A stretch of 58,231 bases of DNA, filler included, from Sphacelaria rigidula (GCA_964200075.2; 4 parts of 4 records of this genome joined end to end with filler, not necessarily neighbours in it); one strand, 5' to 3'. Shown: positions 1-14,268, numbered from the whole stretch's first letter. Translations and numbers: made by a program. The notes: a model not told the origin generated them from the sequence alone.

Positions 1-2660
1 GTGGGTGGGGGGGGGGGTGGGGGGTGTGTGGGGGGGGGGGGGGGGGGGGTAGTGTGGGTCCCGGCATTTTTTTTTCACTCGCCCTTGGATCAAGTGATAA
101 AATAATAAAATCAACCAATTTTTTGAGTTGGTGTACAACCCTAATAACACCGGCACTTCGATATAATATACGGAAACTTTCGATACGATGCCCAACACTT
201 CCAGACAACTTGTCCTTAAATTTTGATTTGCGTTACTGTACTTTACAGATGTTGCGTTGTACTGCACCTGCAAATCAAGCGGCACATGGATGCTGCTGAC
301 AGCCGTATTCTCCGCCGCTGCACCCGGTGCAACAGCCTGCTCATCCTCTCGTCTCCTCCCTCCCGGTCCGTCTACATCCATGACGTGAACAACTCTCCTC
401 ATTGCTCCCCGAGCACTATTTCTCCCTCGTTTGACAACGCCTGACGAGAAACTTAGCCTTCCTGGAACAAATGTGTTCACAAAGGAACACGCAGGATCTC
501 GCAAAAATAGAGATCGATTGAAATTTGGGTGGTGATGTTGCCGGGATGCTGTGTTCGCTGCTGTCTTCGATAGCAACAGCACGGACGCGACACCCACAGC
601 AACCATTTTTGACAGGGGACTTGATCGCAGCAGCGACTGCTGTCCTCTTCTATAGCCTCTTCGGCGGACTACTGTTGATGTTACGGAGTGTTGGGTACCC
701 GTCCTATATATCATGATGACGCTGGGAGATGCGGTGATGTTGTTCCTGCTTCCTGTTACTCTCATGGATCGAAATGATCTTGGGCAGTCGGTAGTCTTTG
801 TACAGCCCACCCCGTTGATGATAACTACAGAGGAAGCCTCGACAAAATATGGATGCGTGGAGACCCGACCTCCGAAAAGTCTAGCGATTCACCCAGAGAA
901 CGTCGTAGCCTTGAGCGAGGTTTCCTCGTGCCTAGCAGTCGAACTACTGACACCCGGCCTTCTCGGTCGGTAGATGGATACCGCTACTCACTACACGGTC
1001 TTGCACGGTCTTGAACTTTCTGAAGAGACAGCAGTCTATAACTTGTCTGTAGTACGTCGTAGGGCCGTAGCAGTCTCGGAAGAGAACCCGCACTGCTGTA
1101 TATACAATGAACGACGAAAGACACGTTATTTCTAATCCGCGTTGGGTCTGTACATACACGCCACCCGAATTGTGAAGGAAACAAGACTAGCCCAAGCTTC
1201 TTCGGTCTGTCCGCACGCTTCCCATCTCTACTTCCACTTTCCAAAACGTCAAGAAGACTGCTACTGACCACCATGCGGCGAGTCTTGTCTCTGACCTGTT
1301 ACTCACAACGCGGCGAGTCTTGTCCCTGACCTGGCGAAAGAAGTAACGTTTCGGAAATCTCAATAATGAGGCGTGTTGATCTCCTCAGGAATGGCGACAA
1401 GGATAGCCTGGCGTACTTCCACTTGCCACCTGCTATCCCTTGTGAGGCGTAGGGAGAGTTTTGTATCCATTTCCGTCACGCCGCACTATTTTCTGTAACA
1501 GAGTTTTGAAATCGGCGCGGAGGAGCCACGGCGAATTGGGATGGATAAAACAAGTTGGCCCTGAGTACATCGGGGCTGGATTCCATTCAGTATATTGAAT
1601 TAATTTCAACTCATTCTTCACACTGAGCCATTTTTTGTTCACTACCTAGCTACTACTTCTGTACACCAGACACATACAGGGAAGGGCGCAACAATGATGA
1701 ACTGTCAGTGGTTCAAAGCACTGTAGTCTATACGCAACACAGGTAGTAAGGAGCCATAACCTGAAATTTAGTGCTCGAAATATGGGAGTGCGTCTCTAGT
1801 CATTAGGATAATTCAGAACTGGTACATTGCTGCAATTGCCCAGGATGACATTGATGAACCTTTTGGATACATCAATCACAACTACTGTACTGTACTGCTG
1901 CTGCTGCATCTTGATACGAAATTCGTGTTGTTGATTTTTCTCGAGAGGGAGCGAACGGATGGAGAACAATAGTACTTTTATATCTGAAATTGTGCACATT
2001 CCATTGCCATCTTATTTCTTCCAAAAATATTATATTACGAGTATATTTATATTTTCACAAAAACAGCGACCAACGGCAACAACTCCTTCACGCCTTCACT
2101 ATGTATATAAATACTTCTGGAGCGAAAAACGTTCTCGGTAGCGTGTGTGGCCTATTTGCAGTATGTAGTGTGGCGAAAATCAAGAAGAACGAATCAAACG
2201 CAAGCATATGCATGAAAAAAATACATCACCATACCTGTACATGGACTGATCAATCAAATAAACTGCCTTCCCCGCTAACAAAAAGTTGAAGTTATCATAG
2301 GCGACTATACCGGGTCTGAGATAGGAGAGTGCGGACTCTGTACTCTTGAGAAATTGAAATTTCTGTCGCCCGTTCTGCTTTCATGATATTGTACAACAGA
2401 CAATACAGTGCTGGACCAGTGTCGCAAGCGGCGGTAGTGCAGCGCTTGCTGCCCATCTCTGACGACGTATCGATTGTCCGTCATGGCTGAGCGACATGTT
2501 AGTTTGGGGTGTGCGAGTCACGTGAAGAACTAAAAACTCTTTCGAGATCAGTTAGCATCTAGAGGTCAAACAATAAGATCTGTTATTTGAAATAAATTTC
2601 ACACTTCGCACGACGGACGAGGAGGAGACGGGGTGTGAAATATAGCTCGAGAATATTTAG

Positions 2661-5600
2661 ATGGATAAAGGAAACGTTACGACAACCGGGGAAAGCACGA
2701 GACAGAGTTTTACGTCGCCTGCCTTCGGGAATGATTTCGGCGGCAGCTTTGTCAGCACAAACATGCGAGTATCGCCAGAGCGCAATCTCCACAGCAGGGG
2801 CAGCAGCATCATCAACAACAACACCACAAGCAGCAACAGCAACGACATGACAGACCAACACCAACCCAACGTCAACACAGGAAGCAGATTATCGACTACT
2901 GAGCACGTGCAGTCTCTAAACCTAATGAACGAGGGCATTCCGTCCGTGCTCGATGTTGACTGCCCAAGACCTTCCGCATTGGTGTCACTGAGTTTGCACA
3001 GCAACCGTGTTGCCTCTCTCGAAGGCCTTGCTTCGATGACGGTGAGACAAGAGAGCCATTGCGCACAGCACACAAGCAAAGGATGATACCCCACCCCCAT
3101 TGAGTTGAACCAACAGGGTCAACTTACCTCGAGTAGCTTTCTCGTGGGCAATAGAGGTATTGTGCTTTACGCTCCGCAATTGTACCTTGATTCGACGGTG
3201 AACGCGCAGCATTTGTGTGTAATAGTCGCCTGCGTGTGAGTTACGAGCATTCTAATGCTGTAGATAGGCGGCAGCATCAAGTGTGTGTGTCTGTTGCCAG
3301 TTGTCCTGGGGTAACCGGGCAGTTCTCCCTTCGTTCTGTTGGCATACAAGAACATATGAAAAATGCATACAATTTTCGCGGCGTTTTCGAATGTTGAGCC
3401 CACGTCAAACCTAACGGTGGGATTCCGTCCTCAACACGGTCCGTCTACAAGCACGGCAGCCGAGGTAAAAGCTGCCGTCCGGCAGCACCACACGTAGCAC
3501 CCTATCACGTGTGATCGACATGGCATCGTTTAGTTCCGACTAGGAGAAACGACTTCAGTTGCTGCATGTATAGTTTGAGGGTGTACGTTGCCATCTTTCA
3601 GGAGATTTTTGGGCCGTAGCCTGAAAAGGGTATAAGTGAAGTTTCGTACCAGGTCTTCTCGGCCTCTGCCACATGATGTTGATGTGCTTATATACTTGTT
3701 GTCGTCAAACCCTGGCCGTATAGAGCCGATGCAGTAGTCAGAAGACTTGCTCGATTATGGCGTTCATACTGCAACACATGCATGAGTCGGCCTTTGCCCG
3801 CCACCGCGATCGATTTTTGTGCCCAATCATGCCGCATCGGAGGCGGCGTCCACCCCAGGAAGTACGGAATGAGTTATTGTTCCGCGTTTCTCCGTTGCGG
3901 CACAACTGAAAACAGTTTTTTTTTTTCCCTAGAAAGAACGCTTCAATCCTCACACGAAAACGTGGCTTTGATGGTGAGGGTTCGTAGAGGAGGGACGCCT
4001 CTTGAAACGGAACCCGGAAATTTATTTGAAGCTCACGTTCGACGACTGACGTCCTGTGATAAAAAAAACTGCCACCCTGCCTTTTGTTTTGTTTTGTTTT
4101 GTTTTGTTTCGTTCTGTCGCACTTTCAAACGCTTCCCTTCCTCGGGACGAGTCCGTGGTCTCGATAGATCTCTCCCCCGCTATACGCCGTGCATTTTTGG
4201 CCTCGCAAATTGGATCATGACCGACACTCGCGCACCACGTCGATTCTCCTCAACAAACTCGACCAAACAAATCCCGTTCGCCACTCACGCTCTCACGCTT
4301 CCAACGCTGGATATTCAGATACTTCGAAGTAAAAACACAAACCCATTTGGCGGGAAATCGAGCCCGTGCTCCTTCCACCCTAATGGTAATATTGTAGTTG
4401 TACCATTGGACCACCAAGGCGCGGCGATTTATGCAGCGGATTATTATGGCGTCTGTCGATCATAGAGCCTAAATCACAAATTGATTTTGCTCGGTGCTTC
4501 TTTTGTCACTGCTTCGCAGCTGGAAATAGTGTAACCACACAGTCTGAGTGATGTCCGGTAGACTCAGAAATTTGCGTATGTCATCCTCCAGGAACCCTAA
4601 CCCTTGTGTGTCGAGCCGGCTTGCGGGGTGGTATTAGCACACGAAGTACACGTAATTTTCCCGAGAAGCGCCGACGATCAAAACAATAGTTAACCTCGTA
4701 CAAGCTCCCCTCCACTACATTCCCGTGTTTTCTCCGGGATTTGAGTAGCCGCGGTTCACTGAGCGCACTTTTAAATCGTTCGTCATTATCGCATGACAAC
4801 AGCCACTGATCACTGGAGACCAACCTTCGGGCGGGTGTTATTTTGGCGATAAATCTCTCCTGCAGCTCTTGAACAGTTGACCTACCACGCACTGTTCATA
4901 TATTCACCAACAAGATTCACTCTCGCTTGTTCCGTCACGCGCAAAAAATGAACGAAATTTCATGAGCAGGCTCTCACTACTCTAAATCTGTCCTCGAACG
5001 AGCTCGACGGCGAGGCTATCCGGTCGTCGGCCCCCCACCTTGGAGCGCTCTCTTCGCTTGAAAGCCTGGATCTATCGTGCAACCGCGTGGACGCCCTGTT
5101 GGGGTTTCCGTTTTTACCGCGGCTCCGCCGCCTTCTCGTACCGTACAATCGTCTCACCTGCCTGGATGGGGTACAGGTGTGTTCACATATTGACCTTCAG
5201 CTTTTGGTTGGTTGTGCGGGGGTATGAATCTCGTTTTTTGTGTTTTCCCACCCACGACGAAGCAGAGGAAGTGATCGTGTCTCATGTGTCCTGGGTAGTG
5301 GACGTATTGTAGGTTTTGATGCCGGAACATGGTGTGAACCCTTTATATAAGGATAATTTGTACACAATGTTCCAGCTACATCACCAGAAAAGCCCTCAGC
5401 GTTTGCCTTGTTGCACTGTAACACTACGAACTGGATCGTTTCACTCACCTCCACCTTTGTGTCTGTCTGCTCACCTGCCATCTTGCCTTCGAATCCCAAC
5501 CTCAAAATACACCCCCTTGCGCCCGCCACAGGCTCTTGCATCCTCGCTGGTCTTCCTAGACGTCAGAGACAATCGCATCGCCGGCCCTGTAGAGGAGCAC

Positions 5601-8600
5601 GCGCCGCACCTGGCCGCCCTAGCCCGCCTCAACACCCTTCTCCTCATGTCTCCGGGAGGCGGGCAAACAAACCCCGTCTGCGCCTTCCCAGGCTACCGGG
5701 CCGCAGTGTTTGCGGCCGCTTTTTCCCTCGATACCCTCGATGGCGTCGCACGCAACGCGCCAAATCCTCCCGTACCCCGAAATACCGACACAAACTGGTC
5801 TGGTGTCAAGATCGCCGGTGGTAGACTTGTTGGGCGAGAAGTGGAAGGACAAAGCCACGAGGGTGGTGGCAGCTGCGGCGAGCAGCAAAGACGAGGTAGT
5901 AGCCGGAGACGGGCGGCACCAAGGACTCCCGATCATAATGGTTTTAGTCTAGCACCGCAATCTTCGCATAGTTTAGGGATACCGGGGGGTCTCGAAAGGA
6001 CCGGCCACAGAGCAGGAAGTGGTGAGAGCGAGGAAGGTGAGCACTCGACGGGCAAATGGTCGGGGTTGTCTGGGAAGGGGGAGGGGGGTCGAGCGGGTCT
6101 TCCGCCTCCCGAAGAGGTCGTGCCCGCTATGCCGCGGTTCGACGAGGTAGCGGGACGGTTCTTGCAGCGACGCCGCCGAGAAGAGTACCCTGATGGCCGC
6201 GTACGTCCCGGGAGATTGACGGAGGAACCGAAGCAGTGTGAGGATTTTAATGGGCATTGTGATTATTCTGGCGGCAGTGGTGGTGTCGACGGTTGCGGGT
6301 CCGATGGGAGTGATTCGTCAGTAACAATGTCGGTGGCAGCGGAGATTTTTGTTGGTGGCCGTAGACACGGTGACAGCAACCGGCAGCACGGGACGCGAGG
6401 AGTGACAACCGACGAAACGCGAGCAGCCGAAAGCGGCGGGAGCGGCGGCTGTGGTGCTGGGACAATATGCCCGGAGGACACCACGCGAGCGACAGCATCG
6501 AGCAGTGAGAGTCATGCCGCATGTGGTGAACAAGGCCTTTCGAATAGTAGGGACGACAGAAAGATGACGGAGCGTGACCGGAGTAGCAAGGCGAGAAGTA
6601 ATGGAAATGGAGGTCAGGGTAACGAAGATGAGGAGGCTCTTTTCAGTCCGGGAACTGACGCTGGGCGCGGCGACGAGCATGGCGTGGAGGAGGAGGGACT
6701 CCTGAGTCGGCTGAGATCCGTGGCTCAAGAGGCTCGACTCGAGGTGATGGAAAGCCGCTTACAAAAATTGCACGTGAGTATTCTGTCCCACAAGATGGGA
6801 GGACTTGATGCGGTTGTGGTGTTATCGCTTGCTTATGCTAAAAATATGCCCCTGAGTTCGACTTGGTTCGATGACAAAGGCTGGTATGTGTTATTTGAGC
6901 TTCTGCTGCGTCAGGTTGCCCAAGTTAGTCCAGCGCTCGCCTGCCCGAGGAACTGTTGTCCATCGTAAGTGACGATCTGCACCAACCTTTTGGGGCGATT
7001 CAAGTTTGGAGAGAAGGCTCCCTTCATCCTCGTAAGCCACGTGTTCGAACCTGATTGAAGCCCTCTCGACGCCCTTGGTTGACCCTGCGCGTGAATTCTG
7101 TGCATCCTACCCTTAAACGCTATATCTTGCCTTCATGCTGTACGCGTACCCATGAGAAAGGTACAGTAGCTGGATGCATTTGGAACATCTGTTCTGCACA
7201 ACTACGTCAGAATATTCTGCTCGCTCACCCCTTCCAAGTAATTTGAAATGTGTGATGTCACACCTACAGCTTTGTTCCTGACAGCTCAGTCAAACTACTG
7301 CAAAAATCGTCGCGCTTGCCCGGTCCCGTCGCTCCCTGCTCCGCCCCCCCCCCCGTCTCTCTTATTTTTTTCATGTTATGGTTGTTGCGTTGCGCTTGGG
7401 CAGGAGAAACAAAAAGATAACGCTGCGAGAGCACGGCACGCGACGACCGCCGCGGAAGCGGCGATAGCAGCAGCCACAAACGCGGAGGCCGCTGCGGCCG
7501 CAAGCGACACATCGGCACAACATCGCAGCAGCATTAAGCGGCGACAACGTTCTCCTCCTGTGCCGTCAGCAGCTGGGGGTCGCGGCGGCACTCGCGGTGC
7601 CAATGCACACGACAGCAATCCATGGGCTCGGGCAACGTCGCATGAACGAGAAGGGACGAGGGTTGGGGTCGTCCGTCCGACCGGGGGACGAAATAGTAGC
7701 ACGCCCCCCGCCTCGTCTGGCGGTACATCAAACACAGTGGGAGACTCCGCTGACGGGGCCGACGCAGGTGCACCCGGTGATCAATGGCAACGAATGCACG
7801 GCAATATTCATCGGTACGCACAGGCGACAACGACGATCGCGGGTGATGCTGATCCAAGTATCAACTGCAGCAACAGCGATGCTTGTTGTTGCTCTTCTTG
7901 TGGTCGTGCTGGCGGTGGAACTGTTGTTGATGCTGCAGCTCCCTCCCTCTGTCGCGGGTGCGGCAATACTCTCGCCCCCGGATCTGACGTCGGAGTGGGA
8001 AGACGCCGCGCAAACCCATTACAAACAGCGCCGCCGCCACCACCTAGCATTGTCGGCAAACTCTGTCCACCCTGTGAGTGCACCGCGCAACATCACCATT
8101 GGGTGGCAGCGATAGGCCACAACAAAGCCGACGCGACACGCTACCCTAGCAACATAACTGCAACCGAACTGAGCCCGCCCGGGAATGGTGAAAAAAACAC
8201 CACTGATGCTTGTTCAAAGAGTAAGATACACGCTGCCGTGACCACTCGTGCCCCATTCGCAAGCATCACAACTAAAGCACCGCCGTCGCTGTCGTCGGAC
8301 TCCTCAAAGCGGGTGACCACCGGCGGCCGACGCCCCGCCAGCGCCACGGCGGCGGCGAAGTCCCCGCAGAGTGCAATTCGTACAGCGCGGGCCCGGCGCC
8401 TGGCGGATGGTCTTTCCGCCTTTCCCCCGTCGGGGGCTGCCGGATCGGGGATCTTGGCCCCCTGTCGTCGAGTGGCAGTAGGGACGGGCGGCCGCGCGGT
8501 GGGCGGGGTGGTTGTGTCGGTGGCGGCGGTGGTGGGAGCGGCGGCGGCGGTGATGACTGTCTTTGAAAAGCACCGGGTCGCGGTATGCTTCCTGCGGTGA

Positions 8601-11600
8601 GACGGAGCGAACTAGCCTCCTCATTACCTGCGGGTGCTTGTTTTCGGGGGTTTTATAGTTTTGTTGCCGCTGCTGGGTAGCCCCGGTACATGTTTTGTCA
8701 TCTGCGGTCGATGGCGTTATATACCACGGTCTGGTGGATGGAGTGAACAACGTTTCAGTCCTTCGTACAGCTATCGCACATCGTATTTAGTACGGAGTTT
8801 GAAGGAGCGGTCTGGGTGTTCACCCCCTGTCGCAGTATATTGTAGATGCTGGCAATGTTCGCTTGCTGCGCTTGTCGCAACAAGGCCTTCCCACATGCAA
8901 ACGCACCTCTCTACCCCACCCGGATTCAACCGTCTCAGATGGGCACGTGATACGGACAGAGCAAAAGGAAAAGCGTCGACAGACGCCTCGGAGACAGCAC
9001 TAGCTGCTTCTCGTGAAGAGGCGGAGCGTGAGCGACAAGCGTGGGAATCGTTGCGGGTAACTCTCGAGTCGGCGGCCGCGTCACGTGAGCGAGAAGCACG
9101 GGAAGTGGCTGAGGAGCAGGCGCGAGCGGTGAGAGCATGGCCAGGCTCTAAAAAAACTTAAAAACTACCTTGGAGACAGTGAAAATGAGCTGATTGAAAA
9201 AAAACAGCGCATCTATTATTTGAACGACGTCACTTGATCTATTTTTGAGGTCGCGCTTACCTCAACTTCCAGCTGTGCGGAGCCTGAATCACTCCCTCCT
9301 GCGGAAGGGTTGGGATGTGCGGTGTAACGGTGTATCCAGAGACGAAGGGAAACCCGATATGGCGGTGTCAAAGTCGACAGCACGGTCGGCAGGAACGTAG
9401 CTGGTTGTTTGTCGATGTGGTGCGTTTTTGGTTGTTGCATTCGCTGATCCATCGATTCATCCGCGGGACTTCCACCACCGAGTGTAAGAGATTGGAGTGA
9501 CTGGTCGAGACAATATTTCTCCCAAACCAGCTCGTGATGCTGCACAGAGTCGACAATCTTCCATGGTCGTGTTCCTTTAGAAGCTCTCCTAGTTTGCCTG
9601 TTTTTCAACATGCAAAATAGTCAGCATCATTCGGTTACACGCCTGCTTCCATGACCTGCCAGGATCTGCGGTCTGTAACGACGACCTGTCGAGCGGCGGA
9701 GGCGGACGCTTCCCAGCTACGGCGGAAGCTCGAGGAGGCCGAGGAGGAGTCGGCGGCTGCGCTGTCCAAGGAAAGAGAACGGCTTCAGGCAAGATGAATG
9801 AACAAAAAAACAATCTTGACATTTTCAAAACTCGATGGCACATATAACCAAAGACATCGAGGAACCCAGGGGTAAAACGCGAGCTCATCAAGGAACAAAA
9901 GAAGCACGGAAAAACATTGAGAAATCGGGGAGGGGGAGGGGGCAGAAGAGAACCGAGGGAATCTAGTAGCATGAAGACTATAGACTCGTGTTTTGGTATA
10001 TGTCGGTGCCGCTTGTAGACAAAACTTGCAAAACGGGTAGCTTTAGGGGTCAACGTATGTCCCCTCACCCCACCCACTCGTCGTTCTCCATTTTCCCCTC
10101 TCTTCGCATTCCAGATGGCTAGGCAGCAGGCGCAGGCGGAGACAGCTCGTGTGAAGAGAGAAGCGGAGGCGGAAATAGCGGCGGTGGAATCAAGAGCGAA
10201 CGCGAAGATAGAGCTTCTAGAGGAGCAGTTGCGAGGGAAGGTCCGCGCCGAGGGTGAAGCCGAGGTACGCCTCCTGGTTTGCTCGAAATCCAAGGCGTTT
10301 AATACATGGTGTCGAGTCCTGTAGAGTACGGTTTTCTAGTTTAAAATTGTGGTGTGCGTGACCCCCGTCCCTTCTTCCCTATTTAATTTAGCGTCTACAG
10401 CTAGCAGTGTTAAGCGTCTACAGCTCGCATTTAGCATGTGTGGGTCATGTCCGCAATTCTATGGTGCTTTGCTTGGGGTTCCGACGACGCTCCGTTTCAC
10501 CCTCTTTTTCTCCTTGTTTTCGGCCGTTTGCTGTGTTCTGTTGTTGTGTTACTGTGTTCGGCCGACCTCATCAAGGAGGAGTGCCGCAGAGTTCGCGCAC
10601 ACTTACGGGAGGCGGAGTCCCGCTGTCGAGGACTACAAGATCATGTAGAGGAAGCCAGGTCTAGAGAAAGGCGAATCTCCGGAGATGCAGAGGACGCTCG
10701 GCGGCGGGCGGCGGCAGACGCTGGTGGGCTGTGCTTGTACATGTCTTCACGTTGGTTGGTTTAGTGTCTCAGATGAACTGATCCGCTTTGAATCCTGCCG
10801 TTGTCACCAGATATGTATCAAGCATTCCCCAGCACAAGTACTGCATATTGGATGTTTTTTTCCCCTTTTTCCTGTCTTGGTATGGATTTGATGTGTAGTG
10901 AGGCTGATGCGATCATATTGTTTGTCAGGTTACTTCACTGTTTCGCACTTGGTCCACGACTCTTCTTCCTGCCCCCAAACCGGTCGCGATGCTGGGGACG
11001 ACGGTGTGTATCATTGATACGTAGGATATCACCCCTCAAATGTAAGCCCGGGGCAATGTCCTGGGTACCCATGAAATATGACCCGCACGTCGTTTACACC
11101 GTCACCTACGATATCAGCTGAGGCACGCTGACCATGGCAAGACCCAATCCCCCATCCGTACTTATCCCTACCGCAGATGCCAAGCTTGCAAACGCTGTCG
11201 GCGACGAACGGGCGCGAAGCTCCGCACTGAAGGTGCGTTTGGAGGAGGCCGAGGAGGCTACAAGGCGGGCCGTGGCGGCCGGGCGGGAGGCAGCGGAGAG
11301 AGAGGAGAGAGGGCGGCTGGCGGCCACCGAGCTGGCAGAGCTCGTGCGACAGCAAAAGGTACCTACAGCGCCACTTTACATGACAATGCACAATACCTCC
11401 GGGTAACGGGTACGAGTACTGAGTCCTTGGGACCCCAGCTTCTCACACGGGGGTGGTATTTGGTCAAGAGAGTAGGGCCCCGTCCCATGGAAACAAAAAA
11501 AGAAGCCAACCTTGGGCGGACCACACAGTACGCTGCGACCAAATACTAAAATGGAAAATAGGCTTGAGCCGGGCAAAAAACACAAGAGTACGGTAGCCGA

Positions 11601-12470
11601 AAAAAACATCATGGACATGACGATGGCGATGGGCAGAGACGAACATCTTGACTCCGAGGCACAGAAGGCAGATGGAGATGTTGGCGCGCGCAAGGTTGGT
11701 GTAGATGTGGAGGCACTCCCACAGCAGAAATGTGCCGTGCCGCTCAGGGATTTGACGCGCCGCTTCTCGTTCGGCAAGTCTCTGTTCCTTGTCGACTTCG
11801 GCATTTTACTCGACTGTGGCAGTCACAGCAGCTGGCGCGTCTGTACTCGGTTATGAGGGACGAACTACCACCTGAGGGGAATCATAACTGTAGAGAACCT
11901 AGATATTCCGTTGGATCGCCCCTGCGCTCCTGCTCTCCTTCTGATCCCAATATCGGGGTACGCTGCTACCCTGAGCCAGCCGTTACACCTTCATGGATTG
12001 ATTAATTATCGCACTTCAACTTGTCCCCCAGGGATCCGGCCGTTGTCACATGACACTAAAGCTAAATAACTGCAGTGACATGAACACAACCACTGGATAG
12101 TGAATGACCGTATCATACGTACGTTCGGTGGATAGTAACAGTACCCCGCTACTCCCTCATCAGTATATCGCGATGTATTGGTGACGACCAGTCTAAATAT
12201 ATATATATATATATGTGTGTGTGTAAATGCAGGCATATTGGCACCAATACACAGCGCTGCCCGAGTTACGACTCGAAACTGTCCCGTGGAGTCAAAGCCC
12301 GTCGGTGTCCCACGTATTCATTGAAGTGTCCCGTTGGTCGCACAGGCAGCGCTGCAGCAAGCGCGCAGTGAGGTGAACGCGGCGCGATCAGAAAAGGCTA
12401 GAGCGGGCGAGGCGACGCGAGCGTTGAAGGCGGAGTGCTCTGATATTGCTTCCCAATTGCTGGAGCTGGG
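2661..12470 (+). CDS. Multi-exon leucine-rich-repeat and coiled-coil protein (LRRCC1/centriolin-like architecture), 3' end beyond the contig
   Basis: Phase-consistent exons read by eye: 2661-3041, 4970-5176, 5532-6773, 7404-8596, 8939-9128, 9663-9788 (GC donor), 10115-10264, 10576-10723, 11177-11358, 12346-~12470. The N-terminal exons encode SDS22-like LRRs (LVSLSLHSNRVASLEGL, LTTLNLSSNEL, LESLDLSCNRV, LRRLLVPYNRLTCLDG, LVFLDVRDNRI) and an LRR-cap (NPVCAFPGYRAAVF..LDTLDG). Later exons are E/R/A-rich coiled coil. The start codon and the orthology are uncertain. Confidence 0.82.
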
Positions 12471-12965
12471 GTGGGTTACTTGGGTGCATTCGTATACAGT
12501 TGAGGGCGGTCCCAACACAGTGCGGTCAAGATTGCTCCGTCATATGTCCGACCCGCTCCGCTATACTAAAAATCGAGTCATTGCGCTATCCCAGTATAAT
12601 GCGGGGTCTCTGCATTCACTGTTGTGGGTTCATGCCGGGCTGGTGACTCACCGCACTACTGTATATGCTGGGATCCGCCCGCACTGTACAATATTCCCTC
12701 TGGAGAAACGTGCTTGCTCGTCGCTGCGGTTGCTCCGCATCTGCAGACAGCTGCTGCTGTGTCTGGTTGTGTACGTTTGCATATTTACTCAATAGTTATG
12801 TTTTCCGAAATGATTGCTGTGCAGCTGCTGTGTGTGGGTGTGTATGTTTGCATGCCTACTCAATACTCATACTCACGTGATCCGAGATGATGGTTGCAAT
12901 AAAAAAGAAAGCACAATACGTACGTAGAGATGTTTTTTTTTCGCCAACTCTCGGCGACGGAAAAT

Positions 12966-13106
12966 CCATGGTTGATCAAATCACATGGTTCTATTGTCGT
13001 TTGGACAATCTATATCTAATCCCATGGTTGATGAAAGCACTTTGTTTCGGTGTGGACAATCTAGATGCTTGGTTGATCAAAACACTTGATTTCAGTCTAG
13101 ACGATC
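12966..13106 (+). repeat. Three imperfect ~45-55-bp tandem units
   Basis: TGGTTGAT(C/G)AAA.CAC...GGACAATCTA repeated three times. Confidence 0.65.
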
Positions 13107-13324
13107 ATATTCAGATTGTTAGGGGGCTCACCGTTCCAATCCCCCGCCCACCGGCACACCCTTTGGCTCAAATCAGCGTCTAGGGTGTCGATTTGAGCCA
13201 AAGCAGCGCATGTGTTGCCTAGGGCACCACAATATGTGTTTGTCCTTCATGCCCGAGGGTACTCGGTGTGTCTAGTGTTGAGGTTAAAGTTGGGGTAAGC
13301 GTTATGACAGTGTTATGGTTTGCC

Positions 13325-13460
13325 CGTCTTGGATGATGACACAATATTACATCGAAAAGTGTACTGCGTACAGTATAGCCTGTTGCGCCTATTGCATTAG
13401 ACAAAATATTCTATTCTGTACGCAGTACATTTTTTTGACTGTGTCATCTATTGTCCAGCG
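13325..13460. repeat. Dispersed repeat shared with 36465-36590 (inverted)
   Basis: GCGTACAGTAT..CTGTTG..CTATTGCA..CTGTACG..TACATTTTT..GTGTCATCTATT matches the reverse complement of 36465-36590. Confidence 0.65.
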
Positions 13461-13920
13461 TGTGATGGTTTGATGACACGACACTGTACTGTGTTTCGTT
13501 TAAACATGGATTTTGGTCGTTGGATTTGCGTAAACCCGCTTCTACCAGATGGGACGTCTCATTTTTATTTTACTTCTTACGAGGGTACTCAAACAAAAAA
13601 TCTCAGACCCTATGCTCATCTTTTGAATCGCTGGATTTTTTTCTGGGGGGTGGGGGTTTACTAAATCTCATACATAAATAAAAAGAGTAAAATAATGAAG
13701 AAAATAGTTCGTCAAGAATAAAAAAACACTTGATAATAAAATCGTGGTAATTAACCTTTAATTCTTCGGACGACTTCGGAGCCAGGTAAGGCCAAGTTAT
13801 ATTCATGAGTTTCGGCAGTGCATTGCACATCACACTTTCACGACAAAAACAAGACCAGACAACTACCACAATGCTCTGCAATGCTTGCTAAATCAAGCTG
13901 GCCGCATCTATCTGCACCCA

Positions 13921-14268
13921 CACGCGGCCATTTGGCTACCCCCAAAATTCCTCCAGAGCCGTCAATTTTCGAGCCTCCCGAGGGTCCAAGCGCCTCCAGA
14001 GGAATGAAACGCCTCTAAAGGTGTAGTTTTTGGTTTCGTCCAGAGGGATTAAACGCCCCCGGAGGCTTGCTTTCGCCTCCGGAGGGCCGCGCATCCCTCC
14101 GGCGGCATTTTGCTATCCCCAAATTCCTCCGCAGGGGTGTGCGGCCCTCCAGAGCGGTAGTTTTTGGTTCCGTCTAGAGGGAATAAAGGCCACCAGAGGC
14201 TTGTTTTGCCTCTGGAGGGCCGCTCATCCATCCGGAGGCATTTTTGGGGGTAGCCAGATGGTCGCGTG
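13921..14268. mobile_element. MITE with ~37-bp inverted termini and CTCCAGAGG/CTCCGGAGG subrepeats
   Basis: CACGCGGCCATTTGGCTACCCCCAAAA ... TTTTGGGGGTAGCCAGATGGTCGCGTG|TA. Confidence 0.75.

Noticed and set aside
280..1430. Possible gene on the minus strand at the start of contig 1
   Set aside because: Frames are broken by stops, and no recognisable motif or splice pattern was found; it may be transposon debris but cannot be supported.
3782..4465. 227-aa ORF in intron 1 of the LRR gene
   Set aside because: Runs through poly-T and (TTTTG)n tracts, has no domain signal, and the flanking LRR exons join in phase without it.
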